Positions 38,884 through 48,613 of a stretch of 64,000 nucleotides of DNA are shown one piece after another. Origin of the DNA: Clostridiales bacterium (lineage in GTDB: Bacteria; Bacillota; Clostridia; Peptostreptococcales; NVVX01); NCBI GenBank assembly GCA_021129775.1, contig JAJOKP010000094.1, positions 4,066-68,065 on the forward strand, written 5' to 3'. The notes beneath the pieces were generated by a model. That model saw only the letters and a program-made list of their open reading frames with translations. It was not told where the DNA came from and did not search any database. The position numbers and the translations under genes were made by a program. Positions within the stretch are counted from its first letter, which is position 1; the number at the start of each line of letters is the position of its first letter.

Positions 38884-38958
38884 ATGAATAAGATTAGATA
38901 TATAGGTATATGTGTACTGCTCGCAGCAACAACTATTGCTTTAACTGGTTGTGGCTGA
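38884..38958 (+). pseudogene. 24-codon ORF encoding only a lipoprotein signal peptide (MNKIRYIGICVLLAATTIALTGCG-stop); probable gene remnant
   Basis: Complete n-h-lipobox (LTGC), followed immediately by TGATAA, 60 nt upstream of a full lipoprotein gene. Confidence 0.3.
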
Positions 38959-39018
38959 TAACAACAGTCGACCAAGTTTGGTGGAAAAGAACAATACATG
39001 AGATAAGGGGGAAGATCT

Positions 39019-39618
39019 ATGATAAAAAAAGTAATCTGTGTTATATTAGTATTAATGCTTGCACTAAGCTTTGTTGCGTGCGACCGAAAAGATCAAGAAG
39101 AACCAATAAATACTGATCCTAGTGATACGCAAACTAAAGTGGACCAAAATGATGATGAGCCTGCTGACGAACCTGCTGACGAACCTGCAGAAATATATTA
39201 TGTATTATATCTAAGGCATAGGAATCTTCCGTTTATTTTTGAGAATACGTTTAGAGTAAAGGAAGATGACCCAAGACTTAAGAATAAATCTATTGAGCAT
39301 TTTGTTGTAGAGCAGCTAATAGAGCAAGAAGATGTGGACGAACTGATTAATCCTATTCCAGATGGTACGGAAGTACTATATGTCGAAAGAGAGGGAAGTA
39401 CAGTCATTGTAAACCTCTCTGAAGAATTTATTAGAAATATGAGGGGTAACGCCGAATTTGTTGAAATTACCGTCGCAACGATTGTCAACTCGCTTGTTAT
39501 TTTGCCTGAAAATGAACGAGTAAGAATTTTAGTGGATGGTCATTCAATTGCAAATCTAAGAGGTGCAGATATTAGTGAAGACTTTGAATTCATTGTTAAA
39601 TTTACGGCTGATAAATAA
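39019..39618 (+). CDS. GerMN-domain lipoprotein
   Basis: Lipobox LSFVAC, acidic DEPADEPADEPAE linker, then a GerM-like pattern (IPDGTEVLYVEREGSTVIVNLSEEF...VRILVDG). Confidence 0.65.
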   Translation: MIKKVICVILVLMLALSFVACDRKDQEEPINTDPSDTQTKVDQNDDEPADEPADEPAEIYYVLYLRHRNLPFIFENTFRVKEDDPRLKNKSIEHFVVEQLIEQEDVDELINPIPDGTEVLYVEREGSTVIVNLSEEFIRNMRGNAEFVEITVATIVNSLVILPENERVRILVDGHSIANLRGADISEDFEFIVKFTADK

Positions 39619-39648
39619 ATATCTTAAGTCTTTTAAAAAGTGTAATAT

Positions 39649-39685
39649 GCTCTTGTTTCGTTCACAACGAGATGAGAGCTTTGTA
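39649..39685 (+). terminator. Candidate terminator/RNA hairpin between the lipoprotein gene and argS
   Basis: gctcttgtttcgtt-cac-aacgagatgagagc, a 14-bp stem that is complete only with 3 G-U pairs (so specific to the + strand RNA). It is followed by a weak TTTGT tract. Confidence 0.4.
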
Positions 39686-39707
39686 CTATAGTATTGGAGG
39701 GATTTTT

Positions 39708-41408
39708 GTGATTAACTACAAAGACAAAATAGTCAGTGTATTATCAAAAAATGTCAAAGAAATTAAAGAAACAAAAATACTAAGTATGATTGAAACACCG
39801 CCAAATTTAAACATGGGAGACTTTGCATTTCCTTGCTTTGGGCTAGCAAAAATTTTCAGAAAAGCACCCAATATGATTGCGCAAGATTTAGCTGAAAAAA
39901 TGGAATTAGACAAAATTTTTAATAGAGTGAGCACTTCTGGAGGATATCTTAATTTTTTTATTGACAGAAGGATATTTGCCTCTGAAATACTAAACGAGGT
40001 AATAAATAAGAGAGAAAAATTTGCATCAAGTACCATGGGGAAGGGCAAAACGATTTGTGTAGACTTTTCTGCGCCAAATGTTGCAAAACCATTCCATGTA
40101 GGGCATTTGCGTTCTACAGTCATAGGGAATTCCATATATAGAATTAATGAATTTCTGGGGTATAATTGTGTTGGAATAAACCATCTAGGCGATTGGGGCA
40201 CTCAATTTGGGAAGATAATAGTTGCTTATCATAATTGGGGTAACAAAGAAGAAATTGAGGAAACGCCCATTTCATCATTGCTTAAACTATATGTTAAGTT
40301 TCACGATGAGGCCAAAAGCAACGCTAAACTAGAAGATGAGGCAAGAGCTTGGTTTGTTAAGATGGAAAATGGTGATAAAGAAGCGCTTAGCTTATGGAAA
40401 TGGTTTAGCGAGGAAACTATAAAAGAACTTAAGAAAATATATAAAAGACTAGGTGTAGAATTTGATTACTACACAGGTGAAAGTTTTTATAATGATAAAA
40501 TGGATGTTGTGATAGAAGAGCTTACAAGTAAAGGGCTATTGAAAGAGAATAAAGGCGCATTAATAGTAGATTTAGATGACTACGATATGTCACCATGTCT
40601 TGTACAAAAGACTGATGGTAGTACATTATATGCAACGAGAGATTTAGCGGCAGCTTTTTATAGGAAAAAAACATTTAACTTTTACAAATCTTTATACGTG
40701 ACTGATTATTCACAAAATCTTCATTTTGCACAGGTGTTTAAGGTGATTGATTTGATGGGTCATGAATGGGCAAAAGATAATATTCATGTGCCATTTGGAA
40801 GAGTAACACATGAAGGAAAAAGAATACAAACAAGAAAAGGCACAGTTGTATTGTTAGATGACGTATTAAAAGGTGCCGTGGAAAAAGTAAAAGAAATAAT
40901 TAAAGAAAAGAATCCTAATCTGGAAAACAAAGAAACTATTGCTGAAGATGTAGGAATTGGAGCAGTTATATTTAACGATTTAAGTAATAGCAGAATAAAA
41001 GATGTTTCATTTTCTTGGGACACGGCATTCAACTTTGATGGCGAAACAGGACCATATGTGCAGTATACCCATGCCAGAGCGAGTAGCGTATTAAGACGTG
41101 GCGAAGAGCAAGTGGATTTTGATTTCAATTCGGAAATGTTGAGCGATGATATAACACTAAAAGTTTTAAAAGAGATATATGAATTTCCAAACGCAATAAA
41201 AAATGCGCAAATAAAAAGTGAACCTTCAATCGTAACAAGAAGTATAATAGATATAGCGCAAGCATTTAACCGTTTTTACAATGAACATCAAATTATTGTA
41301 GAGGACAAAGAAATAAGAAAAGCAAGACTTGCAGTAGTCAAAGCGACAAAACAAGTACTCAGCATAGGCTTAAACTTGCTAGGTATTAAGGCTCCAGAGA
41401 GGATGTAG
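39708..41408 (+). CDS. argS: Arginine--tRNA ligase (GTG start behind GGAGGG)
   Basis: HIGH-type motif APNVAKPFHVGHLRST, class-I ArgS layout, C-terminal DALR-type anticodon domain. 566 aa. Confidence 0.9.
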   Translation: MINYKDKIVSVLSKNVKEIKETKILSMIETPPNLNMGDFAFPCFGLAKIFRKAPNMIAQDLAEKMELDKIFNRVSTSGGYLNFFIDRRIFASEILNEVINKREKFASSTMGKGKTICVDFSAPNVAKPFHVGHLRSTVIGNSIYRINEFLGYNCVGINHLGDWGTQFGKIIVAYHNWGNKEEIEETPISSLLKLYVKFHDEAKSNAKLEDEARAWFVKMENGDKEALSLWKWFSEETIKELKKIYKRLGVEFDYYTGESFYNDKMDVVIEELTSKGLLKENKGALIVDLDDYDMSPCLVQKTDGSTLYATRDLAAAFYRKKTFNFYKSLYVTDYSQNLHFAQVFKVIDLMGHEWAKDNIHVPFGRVTHEGKRIQTRKGTVVLLDDVLKGAVEKVKEIIKEKNPNLENKETIAEDVGIGAVIFNDLSNSRIKDVSFSWDTAFNFDGETGPYVQYTHARASSVLRRGEEQVDFDFNSEMLSDDITLKVLKEIYEFPNAIKNAQIKSEPSIVTRSIIDIAQAFNRFYNEHQIIVEDKEIRKARLAVVKATKQVLSIGLNLLGIKAPERM

Positions 41409-41458
41409 TGAGTATGTCTGTAATCGAGAGGAAAAATCAAAATGAGTATATTTTTTAC

Positions 41459-41487
41459 TTGAAATTAATAGAGTAAATGGATATAAT
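41459..41487 (+). promoter_or_regulatory. Promoter candidate TTGAAA-17-TATAAT
   Basis: Hexamers at 41459-41464 and 41482-41487. Confidence 0.4.
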
Positions 41488-41596
41488 GATTACTGGAACG
41501 AGACAAAAATACTAAGAAAAGGTGGAAGTGTTATCAGTAGTTAAATGCAGGTTAGAGGTTTAAGAATAACAAAAAAATTTAAAGGGGAATTTATAA

Positions 41597-42993
41597 TGAA
41601 TAAAAAGATTATTATTGCTATAGCAGTTGTTCTAGTGTTAGCAATTTCAGTAGGATTAGCATATCCATCGATTAGGTCATTCGTAATCAGAAGGGATCCA
41701 GTTAATCATTTGATGTATAGTTTTGATAAGATTAGTCAAGAGACAAGCGTACAAACCTCTTCGGTAATGGGAGTGAGGTTAAATAAAGAAGAATCACTTG
41801 AAATGGGAATATTTGAATTTAGTAGTGATGAAGAGGCGATGTTCAATTTTGTAAATTCCTTACTTGAGAACTTAACTTTTGTCACGAACGAGGCATTTGA
41901 ATTAGACACTGCAGATGGGAAGTTGAATTTTAGAGGAAGTGCAAACCTAGACATGAAATATGCTGGTAGTTCAATGCTTGATTTCGAATTCGTCTTTGAG
42001 CAGTGGGAATGGTTAATGAAATCTGAAATCTTGCATTCACAACCTTTTCTGATGGATATAAATGAAATTCTAAACGAGGCAATTGATTTTTCAGTAGATG
42101 GAGTTACAAATATCAACATAGACGAATATATAGGGATAGTAACAGACACTAACACGCAGGAGTGGAAAAATTTCGAGAAGAATCTACCAATCTATGAAGC
42201 GTATTTAAGAGAATTTATTGAACCTAGGCTAGTTGAAAAAGGTAAAAATGTTATAATGATTAATTCTGATACTGGTGAAGAAATTGATGTTGTTCAATAC
42301 GAAATCGCTTTTAACATGACTGAGTATTATGATTTTATTGCAGTATTGCTTCGCGAGGCTGAAACAGATGTAGAACTAAAAGCATTAGCTAAAAATACAG
42401 CGGTTAGATTATTAGAGCATGCTTTGGAAACTAAGGACTATGAGGTATTTGGCATAACAACTGAAGAAGTACAAACAGCATTAGATGATATCAATAATGA
42501 GTGGGGAACTAAATGGGACGAAGGACTTGCATTAATGATTGAGTCGATGGACGATGCACAAGAAATGTTTGAAATGCCTGGAATGCAAGTTAGTGATTAC
42601 GCATATTTAGTTTCAATTGATAGGAAAGATAGAGTTAGACAAATTGCAATAGACATGAACCTTGGATTTATGAGTATAAATGCAGTAGCAACATACGAAG
42701 CATTTGGGAAAGACGTCGTAATAAAATCAGTTGACCAGTTTGAAAATCCGGTAGATGTACAGCAGTTTATTGATGACCCTGTAATAGGCACAGAAGTAGG
42801 TGCAGAAGTAGCAACGAATTTCGTATCTAACTTCTTTAGTAGCGAGGCTTTTACAACATTGATTGCCGATGTAAAAGAAAAGTCGCATATGTTGCCAGCA
42901 GAAGAAAGAGAAGCGATGGTGCAAGGCATTGATATGGGTTTAATGCAAGTTAATATGATGTTACCAATGCTTTTACAGCAAATGGGGATGTAA
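41597..42993 (+). CDS. Hypothetical N-terminally anchored extracytoplasmic protein (465 aa)
   Basis: ATG 41597 behind AAAGGGG. Single N-terminal TM (IIIAIAVVLVLAISVGLA), acidic, Met/Gln-rich C-terminus. Immediately upstream of the ABC genes. Confidence 0.6.
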
Positions 42994-42996
42994 AAA

Positions 42997-43668
42997 TTGA
43001 TTACAGTATCTAATTTAAGCCATAAAATTGATAGAAACTTCATATTGAGAGATATTGATTTTGAGCTAGAGAAAAGTGATGTATTAGGAATTGTCGGCCC
43101 CAATGGGGCCGGCAAATCTACATTGATTTCTATTTTAGCAGGAATTGTTGTGCCTACAACTGGGAAGGTAACATATCTAGATAATAATAGAATATCTAGC
43201 AAACAAAAAAGAAACATAACTTCATACGTACCACAAGAAATTGCGTTATTTGACGAATTAAGCATATATGATAATTTGATTTTGTTCGGCAATGACAAAA
43301 ACACAGCTAGGCTTAAGCAAAAAGTAAAATCTGTGTTAGACCAATTATGTTTGAATAATGAGCAAAGTAAGAAGGTATCAAAGCTCTCTGGCGGTATGAA
43401 AAGAAGAGTAAATATTGCAGTTAGTCTAATGAAAGATGCAAAATACATTTTTATGGACGAGCCTGTTGTAGGTGTCGAATACAGAATTAGAGAAGATGTA
43501 GAAAAAATGATTAGACGAATGCAAAGAGAAGGCAAAACATTAATAATTAGTAGCCATCAGTTTGAGTTTCTCGAAAATGTTTGCAATAAATTATTATACT
43601 TGGTAGATGGCAATCAAAAGTATTTTGGACCATATAATGAGCGGGTCCTAAATCTTTGTCCGTATTAG
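42997..43668 (+). CDS. ABC transporter ATP-binding protein
   Basis: GPNGAGKST, LSGGMKRR, IFMDEP motifs. TTG start 3 nt after the previous stop. Confidence 0.8.
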   Translation: MITVSNLSHKIDRNFILRDIDFELEKSDVLGIVGPNGAGKSTLISILAGIVVPTTGKVTYLDNNRISSKQKRNITSYVPQEIALFDELSIYDNLILFGNDKNTARLKQKVKSVLDQLCLNNEQSKKVSKLSGGMKRRVNIAVSLMKDAKYIFMDEPVVGVEYRIREDVEKMIRRMQREGKTLIISSHQFEFLENVCNKLLYLVDGNQKYFGPYNERVLNLCPY

Positions 43669-43702
43669 AATCTGAATAATGGAAACTAAAAGGGAAAAGA
43701 CT

Positions 43703-44932
43703 ATGAAAAAATTCTTGGTGTTACTTCATCTCGACTACATGCGAATTGTTAGTCAAATAGCTAAACTTGCGATTATCTTAAGTGCTTTTTTTGTAGTGAT
43801 TGCAATAATATTTGCTTTATCAGATAAAAAACTAGATATTGATACCAGCATAGCATTAGTAACTTGTGAGCAGTCGGTAGAAGTAAAAACATTGATTAGA
43901 AATATAACTTCAAATAAGTTAGAAGACATTATAGATTTTATAGAAACAGATTATGATGATGCTAGAGAACTTTTAGAAAATAACAAAGTTGTCGCTGCAG
44001 TAGTACTGCCAAAAGATATTATGGGGTCAATATATAATAGAGAAATCGTAGATATTTCTATATATTCAAATAATCCACAAGACATTAGGGTGCAATTTCT
44101 AAGAAAATATATAGATAACTTAATCTTTAGCTTAAATGAGGGACAAAGTGCAGCGATGATTTACTGGGATATTATGAGAGAGAAAAGAATTGCAAGAGAT
44201 GAGAGAGTACAAAGTTTCAACGCTTTAGCATTCACATATATGACGACATTTTTACTTAGAGGAAATGTGTTTGGGGACGAGTACATTATTGATAAGTTCT
44301 TAGGTAGAACTTTTATTCATTACTATTTTTTTGCTATGTTAGTTATTTTAATGATAATTAGCACAATTCAGTTTCACTCTTTCCTAGGAGATGATATTAA
44401 GAAAGGGAGAATAGAGCGACTATTAAGTGCGAATTATAGCATCACACATATTTATGTTTCCAAAATAGTAGGTGGAGTGCTTTTTTCTTTAATCGCTATT
44501 ATATTTTTTAAAGTAGCCTATATGTTCACGTTTAACGCATTTTCATTGGGAATACTATTTATTTTCATTCTAAACTACGCATTAGTAAGCATAGTTATTC
44601 AGTCCATAATTATAGTGTTCTATTTATACATAAAAAATGAGATGCTTAGAGACGGAGTTTTCATGATATTCATACTAACAGGAGCAATTACGGGTGGTTT
44701 AATACTACCATTTCAATCACTACCAAATTGGTTAAGTAAAATGAGCCAATTTAATATTTTTACAATAAGCCATAACTTACTAATGGGTGGCAAGGGGACG
44801 TTTCTTTTGCCAGGTATTTTCGGCTCAACTATTTCAAATCAAATTGCCCCTTCCTTATTGGTCTTAGCTATATTCTTTCTAATTTCGGTAGTCCTAATAA
44901 TTAAGAAACACAGTGCAGGGAGAGTGATGTAG
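43703..44932 (+). CDS. ABC-2-type permease with large N-proximal extracytoplasmic domain
   Basis: 1 TM plus a ~150-aa loop plus 5 TM topology. Confidence 0.65.
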   Translation: MKKFLVLLHLDYMRIVSQIAKLAIILSAFFVVIAIIFALSDKKLDIDTSIALVTCEQSVEVKTLIRNITSNKLEDIIDFIETDYDDARELLENNKVVAAVVLPKDIMGSIYNREIVDISIYSNNPQDIRVQFLRKYIDNLIFSLNEGQSAAMIYWDIMREKRIARDERVQSFNALAFTYMTTFLLRGNVFGDEYIIDKFLGRTFIHYYFFAMLVILMIISTIQFHSFLGDDIKKGRIERLLSANYSITHIYVSKIVGGVLFSLIAIIFFKVAYMFTFNAFSLGILFIFILNYALVSIVIQSIIIVFYLYIKNEMLRDGVFMIFILTGAITGGLILPFQSLPNWLSKMSQFNIFTISHNLLMGGKGTFLLPGIFGSTISNQIAPSLLVLAIFFLISVVLIIKKHSAGRVM

Positions 44933-45993
44933 TGAAAAACTTCATTCTAATAAAACTAAAGTATAATCTATTTAGTTACAAGAATCTAATCTTATATCTA
45001 GTTCTTGTTACCATAATTTCTTTTTTCAGCATTCATATAAGCAACGAGGAAATGGCAGAAGACTTTTTGTACACAGTAGCAATAGTAGATTATGATGAAT
45101 CGGCATTATCAAGTAGTTTTATAAAAGAGTTAAAAACATCACCGAGTATAGAAACAATAGTTTTAGAAGACATAGAGGGTGCAATCCAAAGACTAACACG
45201 AGGTAATTATGACGTTGTATACGAAATTAACGAAGGATTTGAAGAAGAGATTTTAGCAGGTAACTTTGAAGATATTATTACGCTACATAAAGAAATTGAT
45301 TCACTAGCAGTTGCGTGGATAAATGATCAAATTAGCATACGAATCGTAAGAGAATGGATATTTCAAGACATGCTACTAAGGTTAAACAAATTAGATGCTG
45401 ACTTTGATGTCGAAGCATTGCGACAAGAATTTGAAAAAAGGCAAGAAGAAAACACATTAGTTAGAATAAATGAAATAATAGTGGCTGGCAGAGGCACGAT
45501 TGAAGAGCAAAATATAAACGCTAACAGTAAATATTCATTTAAGCTGATGTGGGGAGTTTTTATTCTATACTCGTTAATGGGCATTGGTAAAAACATGATA
45601 ACTGAAAAAGAAAAAGGTATTATCAAAAGATTAGGACTATCAAATATGACAGTATTCAAGTACCAACTTAACTACTTTGTAATCGGATTAGTAAACGTAT
45701 TAATACCATTTGTTATATCAAGTATGATTGTTTTAAATTATGATATATTCAACTTAGAAGAAACTGCCTTTTTAATAATTGCTACAATATTATACTCTAT
45801 AATAACCTGGTTTACAGTGATGCTTCTAATCAAATTAACGAAAACAAAAAGAACTTACATATTAGCGAGTCAATTGTTTTTAATATCAAACATATTACTC
45901 GGAAGTGGCATAATATATAATTTGTTTATAGTATTGGATATATTGTCATGGGCAATGCCGCTTAGATGGTATGTTCAAAATGTAATACAGTAG
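44932..45993 (+). CDS. ABC-2-type permease (second subunit)
   Basis: Same topology as the previous gene. GTG start overlaps the previous stop. Its last ~16 codons are duplicated, diverged, at 48509-48556. Confidence 0.65.
   Translation: MKNFILIKLKYNLFSYKNLILYLVLVTIISFFSIHISNEEMAEDFLYTVAIVDYDESALSSSFIKELKTSPSIETIVLEDIEGAIQRLTRGNYDVVYEINEGFEEEILAGNFEDIITLHKEIDSLAVAWINDQISIRIVREWIFQDMLLRLNKLDADFDVEALRQEFEKRQEENTLVRINEIIVAGRGTIEEQNINANSKYSFKLMWGVFILYSLMGIGKNMITEKEKGIIKRLGLSNMTVFKYQLNYFVIGLVNVLIPFVISSMIVLNYDIFNLEETAFLIIATILYSIITWFTVMLLIKLTKTKRTYILASQLFLISNILLGSGIIYNLFIVLDILSWAMPLRWYVQNVIQ
45937..45983 (+). repeat. Direct repeat copy A (3-prime end of the permease gene)
   Basis: gatatattgtcatgggcaatgccgcttagatggtatgttcaa versus copy B gatatattatcatgggcaatgccgttgaaatggcatgttcaa. 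Copy A encodes DILSWAMPLRWYVQ. Confidence 0.65.
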
Positions 45994-46277
45994 TGCATGT
46001 TAAATGAGATGAATGCATGTCTATTGTATTGAGCATAGATTGCAAGGCTTCTTTTAGACTATTTTCGAAGATTCCTTTGTTTTGGTTACTGTCCAGAGGA
46101 TTCTCTTACGCTGTCACCCTGAGGGGGTATTGCCTCAAGATGGTCGGCACATATTTTACCTCTGAACAGTAACTTGTTTCGCAGTATGTTTGATATTATA
46201 GCTGTCGTCAGAAGTGAAGCTACATACTCTTCGTTAGCTCTGCAAAATAACGATGAAAGATATTTACGAGACACAAC

Positions 46278-46306
46278 TTGACATTTAATATACCGAATGG
46301 TATTAT
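46278..46306 (+). promoter_or_regulatory. Promoter TTGACA-17-TATTAT with an overlapping partial dyad (possible C-box/operator)
   Basis: Hexamers at 46278-46283 and 46301-46306. The spacer contains aatatacc-gaat-ggtattatt, an imperfect inverted repeat. Confidence 0.45.
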
Positions 46307-46330
46307 TAATTTAGATAGTGAGGTGTTTTG

Positions 46331-46642
46331 ATGATTAAAATCAAAGTATCTGATATGTTAGGAAAATATAAAATGACACGGAAGGAATTATCTAAATTAA
46401 CTGGAATAAGACCCAACACAATTGGAGCATTGTATAATGAAACGGTAAAGCGAATAGATATTGATTCTTTAGACAAAATGTGTAAAGTGTTTAATTGCGA
46501 GCTCTATGAAATAATAGAATATGTTCCAGACGAAGCTGTTTGCGAGAAAAACAACATGTTAAATCTTAAAATCGCTGAGAAAAGAGGCGAGTATAAAACA
46601 GATAAGGATAATAGCCTGGTGAAGGAGGAAAATATGGAATGA
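46331..46642 (+). CDS. XRE/Cro-type HTH regulator (candidate R-M controller protein)
   Basis: KMTRKELSKLTGIRPNTIGALYN HTH. Its stop overlaps the REase start (ATGGAATGA). Confidence 0.7.
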   Translation: MIKIKVSDMLGKYKMTRKELSKLTGIRPNTIGALYNETVKRIDIDSLDKMCKVFNCELYEIIEYVPDEAVCEKNNMLNLKIAEKRGEYKTDKDNSLVKEENME

Positions 46643-47442
46643 ATATTCTAAATGCAATAATGACACTTGTGGATAATCCGATATGCGAGCTAAGAGAGTT
46701 TTATGAAAACAAGAACCGTGCTAATAGCATGGGAGAAGCTTTAGAAGAATATGTTAAGGACTTATTCGCAGATACAATTAATGAAATAGATCCTAGAAGA
46801 AGAAAAACAAAGCAAGCTGAAGTATTTTCATACTTAGGAAACCAAAATAATCCGCCTGATTTTATGATTGATGGTGGTGACGCTATTGAAGTTAAAAAAA
46901 TTGTTTAAATAAGTGTTGACATTCCAATGATTACTAATGCATGTAGAGAGTGTGAGGACTGGGACGTTAAGGATATAATATATGCAGTGGGTGTTGTAAA
47001 TGGGAGAAAGCTCAGTTCGCTCTGTTTTGTTTATGGTATTGACTACGCTGCAAGTGCTGAGGTTTACGATATTATAAAAAGCACCATAAGTAAAGGAGTT
47101 AATTCTATACCTAGCGTGGAATTTGCAGAAACAAAAGAACTTGGCAGAGTAAACCGAGTAGATCCTTTAGGCTTAACTTATTTAAGAATTAGAGGAATGT
47201 GGCATATAACTAATCCAATGAAGGCGTTTAAAGATATTTATAGTAAACCAGATAATAAAGAATTAACTTTTATGGCGTTAATAAACAATGAGAAATATTT
47301 GTCATTCGATGGAAGACAAAGAGAAAAGTTTGAGTATGCTATTAATCAAAACAATAGTTTAAAAATGAAAGAAGTTTTGATACAAGGACCTGACAATCCA
47401 GCGAGATTTAAAACTGCAAAATTAATTACTTTTTATGTATAG
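46639..47442 (+). pseudogene. Type II restriction endonuclease interrupted by a single in-frame TAA (46906-46908)
   Basis: ORFs 46639-46908 and 46927-47442 are in the same frame and separated only by the TAA codon. PD-(D/E)XK-like PPDFMIDGGDAIEVKK lies just before the stop. Paired with an M.HaeIII-like MTase. Confidence 0.6.
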
Positions 47443-47455
47443 GATGGTGGGCAAG

Positions 47456-48443
47456 ATGAAAATAGTAGGGCTTTTTTCAGGAGCAGGCGGACTTGATTTA
47501 GGATTTACTGAAGCGGGTTTTGACGTTGTTTGGGCAAATGAATATGACAAAACAATATGGGAGACCTATCAGAAAAATCATAATACATATTTAGATACGA
47601 GAGATATAAGAAAGATTGAATCCAGTGAAATTCCAGAGTGCGATGGAATAATTGGTGGACCACCATGTCAAAGTTGGAGTAAAGCAGGTGCATTGAGAGG
47701 AATAGAAGATGCAAGAGGACAATTATTTTATGATTTTATTAGGATACTAAAGGATAAACAACCTAAATTTTTCGTGGCAGAAAATGTAGCGGGAATGCTA
47801 GCCATAAGAAATAGAAATGCGGTTGCTGAATTTATAAAATTGTTTAAGGAAAGTGGATATGCATTATCTATGAGTTTACTTAATGTTGCTGATTATGGTG
47901 TTCCACAAGATAGAAAAAGAGTATTTTATATTGGGATTCGCAATGATTTGAATAAGGAATTTTTATATTTCCTAAGCCGAACAAGCAGAAAAAATCACTT
48001 GAAGATGCTATTGGAGACTTAGAGGGATTAGAAATTAAAGCATGAGATTTTAATAAAAGCAATGGTGATAAGTGTAAGATATTAAATCACGAATATATGA
48101 ATGGTGGATTCTCAACAATGTATATGTCGAGAAATCGTGTGAGAAGCTGGAATGAACAACCGTTTACAATTTAAGCAGGAGGTAGACACGCCCCTTACAT
48201 CCACAAGCAGCTAAAATGCAGTTTGTTGAGCAAAACAAAAGAGTATTTGTGCAAGGGAAAGAGGAATTGTATAGAAGGTTAACTGTTAGAGAATGTGCTA
48301 GAATTCAAACATTTCCTGATGACTTCGAGTTTTATTACACAAATATAGCAGATGGTTATAAAATGATTGGTAATGCAGTGCCAGTAAGATTTGCAAAGAT
48401 TATTGCTGAGGAAGTTAAGAAACAAATAGGTAGTGTATCATGA
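47456..48443 (+). pseudogene. C5-cytosine DNA methyltransferase (M.HaeIII-like) with two frameshifts and two in-frame stops
   Basis: Motifs [11 protein letters not shown] (I), GGPPCQSWS (IV), ENV (VI), [10 protein letters not shown] (VIII), [18 protein letters not shown] (IX), GNAVPV (X) are spread over three frames. Lesions: T5 run 47960-47964, TGA 48043-48045, TAA 48172-48174, C4 run 48191-48194. Confidence 0.85.
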
Positions 48444-48508
48444 GTTTAAAGGCTAAGTAAATAATAACTAGCTAGAAAGACAAGCGAAGCCTTTCCATGT
48501 CTTTTTCT

Positions 48509-48556
48509 GATATATTATCATGGGCAATGCCGTTGAAATGGCATGTTCAACTATGA
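48509..48556 (+). repeat. Direct repeat copy B (orphan permease 3-prime end, encodes DILSWAMPLKWHVQL-stop)
   Basis: About five-sixths identical to 45937-45983 by eye, in the same orientation, and ends in its own stop codon. Confidence 0.65.
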
Positions 48557-48613
48557 AGAAACTGCTGCATTAAGTATATACATAGTATATAGTTAAACTA
48601 AGAGGGGATGATA

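Larger units (their letters stand above)
45994..48508 (+). mobile_element. Decayed ~2.5-kb restriction-modification cassette inserted at the permease 3-prime end (no integrase detectable)
   Basis: Bounded by diverged direct repeats of the permease gene end. Contains an HTH controller-like gene, a nonsense-interrupted REase, and a multiply disrupted m5C MTase. Confidence 0.5.

Noticed and set aside
39157-39192. Three tandem 12-nt units (cctgctgacgaa-like)
   Set aside because: They are in-frame inside the GerMN lipoprotein linker and encode DEPADEPADEPAE. This is an ordinary acidic linker repeat, possibly length-variable, not a regulatory or CRISPR-like repeat.
39619-39707. T-box leader expected upstream of argS; also checked upstream of the ProRS-like gene (57067-57390, - strand)
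   Set aside because: The argS gap is only ~90 nt, and neither region contains a T-box sequence (no AGGGUGGUACCGCG-like element), a specifier-loop architecture or a terminator/antiterminator pair.
42597-43535. 312-aa ORF on the - strand
   Set aside because: It lies entirely antisense to the well-supported ABC ATPase and the end of the 465-aa protein gene. It has a low-complexity Ser/Ile/Phe-rich composition typical of antisense frames in AT-rich DNA, with no RBS or motif.
46086-46274. 62-aa - strand ORF at the left end of the R-M cassette (hoped-for integrase/recombinase remnant)
   Set aside because: No tyrosine- or serine-recombinase motifs appear in any of the three - strand frames I translated. 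There is no RBS, so it is probably noncoding. I also looked for tRNA-like T-loop/acceptor features as an att site and found none.
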